Positions 1 to 10,176 of a stretch of 44,615 bases of DNA are shown here, piece after piece (the first letter of the stretch is position 1; every line of letters begins with the position of its first letter). The translations under genes were made by a program, and so were the position numbers. The notes under the pieces are model-generated. The model had not been told where the DNA came from. It saw nothing but the letters and a program-made list of their open reading frames with translations, and searched no databases. The DNA is taken from positions 1 to 44,615 of the forward strand of contig JAPEUG010000108.1 in NCBI GenBank assembly GCA_026025795.1, in the 5' to 3' direction. The DNA comes from Thelocarpon superellum. Its lineage: Eukaryota.

Positions 1-408
1 GACCCGTACTACACCTCCCCTCCTGCTCCCTCTGCTCCCACTGCTCCGCATCAAGCTCCTACTGCACCATCACCATACGGATCCTCGCCGCAGCCTCCTC
101 CAGGACTCGCACATCAAGCACCTACACCCACTCAACCACATGCACCATCACCTTACCCCGCTCCAATCCCTCACCAAACCCAGCCGCAGCCGCACCTCCC
201 ACCACAAGCCGCACCACCCGCAGCAGGAGCAGGAGTGGGAGCAGGAGGCTCAGTGATCCAAACAGCATTCATAGCAGACGAAGAAGCGATTATAAAGGCG
301 CAGAAGCACGCGCGCTGGGCCATTTCGGCGCTGAATTTTGAGGATGTCAAGACGGCCGTCAAGGAGTTGCGTGGCGCCTTGGAAACGCTTGGTGCTACTC
401 CGTCATGA
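1..408 (+). CDS. VTA1: 3' end of Vta1 (ESCRT/Vps4 activator), partial
   Basis: Frame 1 is open from base 1. A Pro/Ala-rich linker is followed by DEEAIIKAQKHARWAISALNFEDVKTAVKELRGALETLGATPS*, the Vta1 C-terminal VSL motif. TGA at 406-408. Absent from the ORF track because the start lies outside the window. Confidence 0.9.
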   Translation, partial: DPYYTSPPAPSAPTAPHQAPTAPSPYGSSPQPPPGLAHQAPTPTQPHAPSPYPAPIPHQTQPQPHLPPQAAPPAAGAGVGAGGSVIQTAFIADEEAIIKAQKHARWAISALNFEDVKTAVKELRGALETLGATPS

Positions 409-654
409 TGTCCTTTGTCGCCTTTCGCCGTCACATTCAAGGCGTGCAGCTGGTGCTGGGGCTGGCCGATACCATAGCCTGTATATTCTAATAAGACACA
501 TCACTGTTCTCCCAGACATATAATACGATGTAAGACTCCGCTTAAAGGGTGAGAAGTACACAGTCGTGGAAATCCCGTACAATGCCGTATTGCCGTCCTC
601 TTATCGGTGCATCCTTCCTAGGATTCGCCCTGGTGTCTCTTCGGGCATGCAATG

Positions 655-1435
655 TCATGACCCCCCTCGAAACATCCGGCTGAACATCCCCCCCGCAATG
701 TTCCTTGCCAGTCCACCGGAATACAAGGCGCTGGAGGCCAAGTTGGTGGCTTGACTGAAGCGATCGCATCGCGAGAAGGCCAGGGTGTTGGTGATGGTCA
801 AGACGAGGGCGATGACTGTCGCTGATGTGTCAGCATCGTCTGGTGGAAGGAGGTAATGGGAGGGCTAGGGACACCCACCGACGAGACTCAACCAAATGAC
901 CTCAGCGCGCGCAAGGGCAACGATGGCCAAGGCGACCCAAAATAACGGCTGCACATACAGCGCCAGCCAGAAGAAGCGCGAGTCGGTAGGATTGATGGTC
1001 CGGGTGTTGGGATCCGACGACTCAAACACCCAGTGGCTGTCTCCCGTCTGCGTGTTGACTTCGTTCCACCATCGCAGCCCGACCAGTCGTCGACCGGCTA
1101 TGTTTTTCAGGTAGTAGAAATCGACCGCGAGGAGGAGGACGGTGATGATGAAGATGAGGACGCTAGGGAGCGTGAGTCATAAGCGGCCGTTCGGACACGA
1201 CTGCAGCGCAGGAGACGTACAAGTTCGAGGAGATGAAGAGTAATCCGAAGAGGTATACAAGGAGACTGGCTGTAGTGGGACGAAGAGTTGATCAGCATTC
1301 ATAGCAGATGGCGGCACACCGGGAGGTGAGCTGTGGGGACAACTCACACGCTCGGAATGCAAGGAAGCATAGAAGTGTGATTGGGTGGGAGCTGAGTCGC
1401 CAGCTCAGCGCGCCTGGTACCTGATGCTGCTCCAT
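655..1435 (-). CDS. TVP23: Golgi membrane protein Tvp23 (DUF846), 4 exons
   Basis: Spliced product [28 protein letters not shown]...[21 protein letters not shown]...WVFES...FWLALY...[14 protein letters not shown] introns at about 1270-1347, 1163-1220 and 816-878. Alternative ATG at 1441. Confidence 0.92.
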
Positions 1436-1845
1436 GGTCATGGAGACAGATGGATGAGGTGCAGCTGTCGGTGTCTGGAGCGCAGCGGGGTGCAAAGCAG
1501 GGAGCACTCCGTCGTGCTTGTTGCTCTGCTCGACGTATCCCGTATAGTTCGATTCGGCACTCGCTACAGGCTACTGGCGGTGGATGCGCGTACGACTTGC
1601 CCAGCTGCGTACCACACGCACGCAGAGGGTCTTCCGACTTTCGCTTGGTGTAGACTGGACATGACGATCCGAGGCTTGGCGCAACGTTGCCTCAGCGGGA
1701 CTGCCAAACTACACGGCACGATTCGGACGGTTCTTTGGAAGCTCTCTCCACACCAGAACCAAGTCCTGTCCGCCACGACCGGACGAAGCAAGTGACACTT
1801 CCACCACGTCACCACTCCACCGGTTATCACCCATCCTTGGGCGAA

Positions 1846-2524
1846 ATGGCAGGCAAGAAATCCGCCGCCGGCGGCGTTCACGCCAGTCCCTCGAGCTCTA
1901 GCGCTGCCTCGACTACGACCTCCACCACAGCATCACCATCCAAGTCACGAACACGCAGCCAAGCCAAGGATTCGTCCTCAACACCACAAGACATCCTACA
2001 GAATCTGTGGAAGTCATATGTGAACAGCACGCCGCAGCGTGTCCTCCTCATCGATACCTTCATGGCCTTCTTGATCGTCGTTGGCGTCCTCCAATTCGCC
2101 TATTGCGTCCTCGCCGGCAATTATGTGTGTCGTTCCCTCTGCCGCCAATACCGCTGCCTTAGGATCAGCAGAGGAGGAACCGGCTGACCTTGGTGAATAG
2201 CCTTTCAACGCTTTCCTCGCCGGCTTTTCAGCGACGGTTGGCCAGTTTGTCTTGACTGGTGAGCGCTTCCTCCATCACCCGGCTCCGGTAGACTTTGCGT
2301 GCAGAGGATGAGGCTTACACGATCGCACCAGCCTCTTTGCGGATCCAAACCAATCCCGAGAACAAAGCCGAATTCGAATCCGTGTCTGACGAGCGGTAGG
2401 TGTCTGATGACCATCTTGGGCATCCTCGGCCTTGGCTAACGATCATATTCTCACCAGGGCCTTTGCAGACTACATCTTTGGAAGTCTCCTGCTTCATTTC
2501 TTCTGCGTGAATTTCATCAACTGA
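1846..2524 (+). CDS. OST2: Oligosaccharyltransferase subunit Ost2/DAD1, 4 exons
   Basis: Spliced product ...TPQRVLLIDTFMAFLIVVGVLQFAYCVLAGNY|PFNAFLAGFSATVGQFVLTA|SLRIQTNPENKAEFESVSDER|AFADYIFGSLLLHFFCVNFIN*, the classic DAD1 signature. Canonical GT-AG introns. Confidence 0.95.
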
Positions 2525-2718
2525 GGGTCCCTGGAGGCAATGGAGCGGAGAGGATGGGAGCGGAGCGACTTTGTGTCTAGGTATCTGTATCTGTACGAAT
2601 ACCATCCAGCCTGCCCTTCTCGAAAACAAGGGAAGAAGCAGGAAAGGGAAGGAATGGCATTGAATCCCATCGACTTGTATCAACCCACGGATGACAATCT
2701 ATCCAGCGCATTGAATGA

Positions 2719-2742
2719 TGTGTGTGTGTGTGTGTGTGTGTG
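2719..2742. repeat. (TG)12 microsatellite
   Basis: Read directly; lies between the converging 3' ends of OST2 and HAP3. Confidence 0.95.
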
Positions 2743-2960
2743 TATGTGGCGAGGTGTCCTCATTCTCTTGCCCTCGCCACAGCTGATGTGCGAGTCCGGT
2801 GTATTTCTCTTTGCTGGAATGCCACAACACAGGTAGAATGCAGGCCACGAGGCCATGTTAAAAGGCAAAGGAGGGGATGTAGGGCTTGGGCCGGACAGAT
2901 CTAATGCATGAGAAGGAGTACATCTACTCATCATCACACCTTGAGAATCCTGCTGATTGT

Positions 2961-2988
2961 ACGCAACGCAACGCAACGCAACGCAACG
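2961..2988. repeat. (ACGCA)5 pentanucleotide microsatellite
   Basis: acgcaacgcaacgcaacgcaacgcaacg read directly. Confidence 0.95.
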
Positions 2989-3746
2989 GAAAGCCGCTGC
3001 TGAGTTTGAGATGCCAGGACAGGGAGATACAACCACGCACACACAGAGACACGCAAAGCCGACTCTCACACTCTCTCCCCCCCCTCTCTCATACACACGC
3101 ATGTACAGATACAAACTCCCACTCGCACACTCGCATTCGCGACTCCGACACGTGAGATTCTTGTGGTAGTGGTGGTCGACTTGGTGTTTCTCGTCCTGAA
3201 CCCTCCCCGGCCCCTCCTCTCCTTTGAACCCCAACCCGCCAAAGCCGGAGCCGAAATGTATTCTACAATTGCCGGACCGGAGACATGGAGAAAGTAGAAA
3301 GTAGAAAGGGAGACGCCAGGACCCGAGACTCAAGAGTCAAGACTCGACACTCACGACGGCAACGAGATGAAAATCCTATTGGTGGACATTTAGAATAAAC
3401 AGGGGTATTGTACAACTTGTTGAGGCATCCAGCGATCTAGAGACAAGATGATGACACGGACGACACGGACGATTGGCGCGGTAGATGTGAGGCTGGAGGT
3501 TGGGGTTGGAATGAGGCGTGGCGAGGTAAAGCGAGGAGAGGAGCAGCGAGGACCGGGCAAGGGCGAAGGGAAGGAGGGGGAAAGACGTGGTAGGTCGGAC
3601 ATGGCGGGTGGTCATCCGTCAAAGTTCCAAAAGGTGTCAATTACGTCGTCTACCTCGCCCACGGACCCCGTTCCGCCCGTTCGGCCAAGGATCTCCTCAT
3701 AGGCTGTGACGAGGCGGGATGGTGTGGAAACATTCGTGGCCCTGCA

Positions 3747-4920
3747 TCATTCCGAGTGTGCCGCCGGTCGAGCTGGATATGCCGCTCCCGCCGTCCCATT
3801 GTGACTGGCGCCGACCACGGCTGGGTATCCGTAGGCGCTGGAGTTGTGCTCGGTCACATCGACTCCAGTTGGGCTCAGGATGTGGTTGGTACCATCGGCT
3901 CGCTCCTGGAATGGCGCCGATGTCGAGGGCGCTGCCGTTCCGCTGGACCCACCGACTGGTCCGCCGCTGCCAAACGCGTTCTCCGGCCGGTTCTGGTTCT
4001 CTCCTCGGGCCGCTTGGGCCTGCGATGGCAGGAGGGTCAGTGTCGGATTCGAGATCGCCAGGAGCAGCGTCTCCACTCACGTCGCGGTACTTGGAGAGGT
4101 AGATCTTGAGAGCCTCAGCATAATTCTCAAACCCGAGCGAGGTCATGGCGAAAAGAATGTCTTCGCCATTCACCGTCTTCCGCTTTTCTTGCTGGCACTT
4201 CTCCGACGCTGTCCGAACGTCATTAAGGAACGTGACGGAGAGGAAGCGGTGCAGGACCCACCCTCGCTGGTAATGAAAGAGATGAACTCGCTGACACATT
4301 CTTGCATGCACTCTTTGGCCTCCTTGGCGATCTTGGCGTTCTCCGGCAGCGCCGTCTTCATGATCCGAGCCACTGGCGCAAAGTTGCGAATGTTAGCATC
4401 GGAGCCCAGCGCGCTGAGCGGGTGTAGGGTGCGGGGAGAACACGTCGACAAGCAAGCGGACGGCGGGGGCGGGGTCGCGGGCGTCAGAGGCGGAGGGGAT
4501 GACCGCGCCATCGCCGCCGCCGTCGTCGTCGCCTGCCTGGCACCTCCGCTTCCGTGTGCCCTGGCGGGGCAAAGGAAACGCGATGTGAGGCACAAGACGC
4601 ACGAGACGCATGGGACGTGCGTGGGCGAGCAAGACGCTGCAGGTGGGTGAAGGAGAAGCGATGCCGGTCCCGAAAAGCGCGGGGCCTGCAGTGATGGGTG
4701 CCAGGCGGGGCAGGAGCTCGACCAATTGAGTGTGATGAGGGAGAAAAGTAAATGCGCGAGACCAACCATTGGCAATGGGCAACCATCGATCCTGCTCCTT
4801 GACATCAAAGTCATAGCCCAGACCCGTCACGGAAGACTCCTGGTCGCGAGACATTTGGTCGTCGTCAGGCGACTGCGCTGATGCGTCCACATCGGTCTTC
4901 TCTGGAGGGGAAGCCGACAT
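3747..4920 (-). CDS. HAP3: CCAAT-binding complex subunit Hap3/HapC (NF-YB), 4 coding exons
   Basis: [90 protein letters not shown] is the NF-YB histone fold. Introns at 4373-4766, 4209-4261 and 4020-4080. Confidence 0.97.
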
Positions 4921-6155
4921 GTTGTATATGGCTACCTGCAGCGGATCCCGTCGACGATTCGCTGGCGATCCACGTCACCGATGATTCCTTCCCGCCAGCG
5001 TTATGCACGTCTGCGTCGACGTGCGTCGCGTGCCTTCGGCCTGGGCTGACCTGCTTCCGTCACCGTGGCTGAGGCGCACGCGCGCCGAGGCGAGGCCGCG
5101 AGGGATTGGAGGAGACTGTACAAGTGGGCGCGGCCCGGGGCGACAGATGCGCACCGCCTCCCGCGAAGAGCTGCCGATGGACCGATGGACCCAAGGACGC
5201 GCTCGCGGCTTCGGGGACACAGAAGCACGGGAGCACGGGAAGACGACACGTTGACGAGAAAGGGCAAAGGTGAGGCCCGGGGTCACACGGTCAACGGACG
5301 TTCCGACGCACGACTGCTTCTGCTGGCGGCGCACCCAGCAAGGTCGGACCTTCAGCGCGTGGGATGGCGTGGAGGGTGAGGAGGGAAGGGCGCGCGTGCG
5401 TGTGGTGTGATGAATTGCTCGGCAGCACTGTTCGGGGCGCTGCGGTACCCTGGACACCGTTCCGTGGGTCGGGCCTGGTCGAACACGGCCTTGCGCGCGG
5501 TGGGGGAGAGGGCAGAAGGGGATGGGGAGGGAGTAGTGGGGGGGGAAGAAAGGACCGCCTGCCTACGTTGGCTCGAGGGGGGAGAACTGCTGCTTCCCGG
5601 AACAGGATCGGCGCAAAGATAATGAGGGCGGACTATGATCTAGCTGCATGCAATGGACGTGGGGTGCACCTTCGGCGGAGAAGCGAGCAGACGTCGTGCG
5701 GCGGAGAGGCTGGAGGCAGCGGCGACGACGGCGGCGGCGGGCGGGTGCGGGCACAGGCACGGCGCGGCGCGGGCGTCAGGCTTGGGCAGCAGACGGTGGT
5801 CCAGCAAAATCCCGGGGTCCCATCAACAAACACACCCGGTCTAGCCCGTCAAGCCAATGCGCGCCGAAGGAGCTGGCGCAGCTGCAGCCGATGCACCACA
5901 GCGTCTATGGCGTGTAGCGACCGCCGGCGGTGCCGCTGGAGCTTGCCCGCCCCACAGGCCGGTTAGAGGTGAGAGGTCGCGAAGGTGAGGCGTGGCGCGG
6001 ACGGCTACACAAACAGCTTCGACGGACGGACCGCTCGGGATCGGGTGCGCGCGCGACCGGGAGACAACAACGGCGTCCCGAGACTGGGTGGCGGACGAGG
6101 GGCAGGGAGCTGGCTGCCGGAGTGGTCAGCCTTGGAGGACAGCAGCGCGGTCTAG

Positions 6156-6367
6156 ATTGGCCAGACTGGGTTCATGGCGACTCCAATCGGACCATCGTAC
6201 GGAAGGGGGGGTGGAGGCACGATGGGAATTGGACGGGCTTACCAGACGGAAATGCTGGGCGGAGGGCGAGAGGGCCCAGAATTTCCGGATGTCTTCCAAT
6301 GAAGTGAACGAGTTGCAGGATAAAGGGCTCGGCCAGAACACCGGCTGGCGCGGATTCGTAGGATTGG
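6156..6367. promoter_or_regulatory. Cluster of five CCAAT/ATTGG boxes upstream of HAP3
   Basis: ATTGG 6156, CCAAT 6183, ATTGG 6228, CCAAT 6296, ATTGG 6363. The motifs are seen directly; function is inferred. Confidence 0.4.
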
Positions 6368-8334
6368 CAGATTTGCAGGCTGGGGGGAGAAAAGTGGGCG
6401 CCACCACCCGTGCTGGCACGCTGGTCCCGGCTACGGGGTACGAGTTCGTTCTTCTTACCGTGACCGTTACCGCGACCCGTCGGGTGCGTGACACCAGCGG
6501 CTTCGGCAGTGCAACGGGGCTCCGGGCCCGAGCGGGCGACACCTTGATCTGCTACCTGTCGACCCGACCGTCGCTTACTAGGATTGTTGAGCAGCGGGGA
6601 GCGGGCATTTGGCGTCGCATGCCACCTGCCGACGACCGCCATCTCGGGAGCTCTGCGGGCGACGACGGGGCCGTCTGAAACCGAAGCAGGAATCCATGTG
6701 GACGGTGCTGCGTCACATCGTAGACGTGCCCAATGCTGCTTCCCTGGCCCGTTTGGAAAGATCCTTCTCCAACTCGTGCTCATGCTCGTCCTTGGACTCC
6801 CAGACATCTGATGTGCGAGTCCTGGTGGGGAGCAGCAACGGGGGTAACAAACGAAGAAGCCGAGCTCGAGATCGGCAGAGATGGAGAAGCACTCGCCGGA
6901 CTTTCCTCACCCAAACGTGGCGCGTGTGGGGGTTGGGGGCCAGAGCCCTCCCAACGCTCCCCCCCTTCACCCACCCTCCCGCGACCGAGTCTTAGTCACG
7001 AAATCTCTCGTTCAGAGCTTCATCGACTGCCGGTGAGTAGGACCCGATTCATGCTCGTATCGTACGGTGATGCCCGCGGACACCTTGGGCCACCCGACCC
7101 CAGACGACGCACTCGTTGACCGCCATTACGGCTCAGTCAGCGCGATGGCACGGCGTGCGTGTGCTCGCATTGGGTTCCAGAGTCGCCGAGGCGGTCGCAG
7201 CGATGGGGCCGAAGTGGGTGGAAGCAGGCAGGGGAGGGTGGAGATGGCATCATTTGATGATTAGCTCGCCCTCGGCCCTCGCCTAGCGTCCGCGTGTGTC
7301 TACGGAGGCGTGAGGTGGACCGGGTGGACAACGCAACCGGGCTTCCGTTGTCACGCCGTGCCTGGACTGTTCTTCCAAGCGGCGAGCGAGATGAAATGTC
7401 ACAGGGTGAGGCGCACTGGCCTCACTCCGACCCGACCCTTTTGGTCGTCGGGACTCCATGACAAGGATGGTCGCCCCTGACCACCATCATTGTCCCCCAT
7501 TCATCCTCCTAAGCGGCGGTGCGATGAGGATGACGTTGGTTTGGCCATTCACATGGCCGCGCATCACGCTGTACCTGAAGGCCATGGCCTCACCGCGGTT
7601 GGTCAGTGCGACAGGACGAAAGCGTCTTGGATGCATCAGCAACAGGCATGCAGAGGCCCGATGGGTCGCGCCAGCCAACGCATCGTGCGCTTCGTGCATA
7701 TTACTACCACACCCTCAGCCTTGCATCTCTTCTACTGCATGCCGTCTGCATCGCAGTTACCGGATCGACTGTACTGCCTACGCCGCGTACGCCCAGCGCT
7801 GCATCCAGCTGCACCCCAGGTAAGGCACCAACAAAAGACCGGACCGTCCCGAATGCGTAATCGCGGTGCTCTTCATACTTGTACATGTCATGCTCTCATC
7901 CCACCTTGGCCTGACGCGGTATCATTGCCTTTGCATCCCGCACTCTTAATGCGTTGGCCGCCTGGACGCTGGTGCGCTCTGATACAAACCACGCCTCACA
8001 GAGAGATAGAGCTGAAGCGTGGGGCGACCTCGGACTACCCGAGAAGATCCTCGACCGTATGAGGGCTCTTGCCTACCGAGCGTGACGTCTGATCCAGGCG
8101 GAGGAAGAATGATGGAAGGCGTCAGGCGACATCGGACGCATGAACCAAGCAAGGACAGCGACAAGTCATCCGGCATCAGGCACTAGCGCAGCGGAACACC
8201 ATGACGGAGAGCGCCGTCATGTCCGTAAACTTTGGGAACCGCATCCCGATGCCTGTGCTGCACGCCCTCTACGTCGCCCGCCGTGAGGTCTGCGACCCCA
8301 ATGAGCACCATCGAGCGTATGGATGGTGCCGGGG

Positions 8335-8990
8335 TCACTGCTGGACCACCTGGATATTATTCTTCTTCTGCACGTGCAATGGCTCAGTTTTGGATCGAGT
8401 GATCAGGGCAATCCCACATGGCGACGTACCTTCCACTTCTCCATCTCCTCCTGTCGGGTCTTGTATTGCTTCAACAGGTCGTCCAGGACTTTCTTCAGTC
8501 CCTCGGAATTCGTCTTCAGCGCCGGTACTACATCCTTGACCGTCCGCTCCACCAACACGCCGTTGATCATGCGGAAGCATTTGCGGTCCTGTGGAAGCGG
8601 CTCCAGCGTCTCAAGGACAAGCCTGATGGAGCGAGCAGCGGTGAGCTGAAAGCCACCATAACGCTGAATCGTGATGAACCGTGTCGGGGAGCGGTGAAAG
8701 GAGCGGTGTAGTGGGGCATCATCCAGCGAAGGGAAAGCATGGGACACTCTGCGCGCAGCGATGTGACATGACTTACTTGTGCTCCTCGGTCTCTTGCTCG
8801 ACGTCACCGATCTTTTGAGCGATCTGTTGCAAGTTGTTCTTGTAGTTCGTGTACTGTACTTGAAGCTCTATGGTGACATGAGCTCGACATCCGGTCACAA
8901 GGTACGGCAGGTGACAGAGGAAAGGGGGAAATGAAACGAGAATAGACACATCATACCCTGCTGTCTCTTCACCGAGACCTGTTGCGCCAT
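8335..8990 (-). CDS. GIM4: Prefoldin subunit 2, 4 exons
   Basis: MAQQVSVKRQQ|ELQVQYTNYKNNLQQIAQKIGDVEQETEEHK|LVLETLEPLPQDRKCFRMINGVLVERTVKDVVPALKTN...WK|KKNNIQVVQQ*. Introns at 8868-8956, 8623-8776 and 8368-8429. Confidence 0.95.
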
Positions 8991-9193
8991 CTTCAGAAAT
9001 ATGATGGAGCGTGTCCGGTGGTGCAACGAACGATGGCGGTCCTGGAGCGGTTGCGGGAGATCGGCGGAGTAGTGGACCAGCGTCGCGGTTTACCTAGTCA
9101 CGTATGCATCATATCTCGCCTCTCGTCTCGCCTTCATCGCATCATTCCCAGACCCACAGAAGACTTCCTAAACACCCCGATCTCGTCGCCACA

Positions 9194-9484
9194 ATGCATC
9201 CACATCTTCACACGAAAGACAATGCAGGTAAGCTATCGTCCTCGCACCTCTGCAAGCCGTGGCTTATCCTCGCAGGGTGCGCCGAGGTGATGCAACAGTT
9301 GGAAGAATGCCACGCGCGTGGCTTTCTGTACAAGGTCTTCGGGAACTGCAACGACGCCAAAACCGCCGTGAATCGATGTCTACGCGCCGAGCGGCTCGAG
9401 CGAACGGCCCGGAATCGAGAGAAGGCTCGAGCGAAGAGGGAGCACATAGAGAACGTGTGGCAGGAGATTGATCGGAATTCATGA
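9194..9484 (+). CDS. CMC2: Twin CX9C mitochondrial COX assembly protein Cmc2, 2 exons
   Basis: MHPHLHTKDNA|GCAEVMQQLEECHARGFLYKVFGNCNDAKTAVNRCLRAER...; MHPHL start and two CX9C motifs. 48-nt intron at 9228-9275. Confidence 0.9.
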   Translation: MHPHLHTKDNAGKLSSSHLCKPWLILAGCAEVMQQLEECHARGFLYKVFGNCNDAKTAVNRCLRAERLERTARNREKARAKREHIENVWQEIDRNS

Positions 9485-10176
9485 GGGTCTTGTTCGGGCT
9501 TGCTTCCACTGGAGAGGGTTGGACTACTGCCACCACTACTACTACGACGTACGAGTACATGGTCGACCAGCGATGGGTTGGGGGAAACTTCTGCATGGCG
9601 GGGCTGGTTACAGAGTCAACCGCGGGTTCCCTATATTCTACTATCTTCTCGCCTGGCATTCTCATCCATGGCTGTCACGGGAGATGATGGATTTTGGATG
9701 AGATGTAGACTAGCATCGCGCGGTGACTCAGGGCTCCCCGCGTACGAAATCTCTCTAGCGGTACAGCAAGGCGATATCCTCATATGGTTCATTAACACAA
9801 GAGAGAATTTGAGGCCGCAAGCGGCGCAAAGACGGCGGAGACGAAGATCGGTCGCACGAGGTCAGCGCGAGCAATTTGGTATCTCAGAGTATCGCTCCAA
9901 TTCAAAGCCGCACAAAAGCAAAGGGGAGGGGGAGGGAGAGAAGTAAAGCAGCGGTGATGGAGCTGGCAGATCCGGATGGAGCAAGGAAAATGGGGAGAGT
10001 CCCACGTGGAAAAAAAGGGGGGATGAGTCTCACCACGATATCCAGGCTGACGACAGCGTGACGATTAAGTGGTCAACGGGAATCGGGAGGGAGGGCAGAA
10101 AGGGCAGATCAGAAGGCAGACGGAAGAGGGATCATACAAAGGAAAGGTGCAGTCGATGCTGGTGAAGGGACGTACG

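Noticed and set aside
8623..8776. 154-nt GIM4 intron as a snoRNA host or twin intron; it carries CACCGCT three times
   Set aside because: Only an imperfect box C (ATGATGC) and no box D CTGA on the sense strand; no split donor or acceptor needed for a stwintron.
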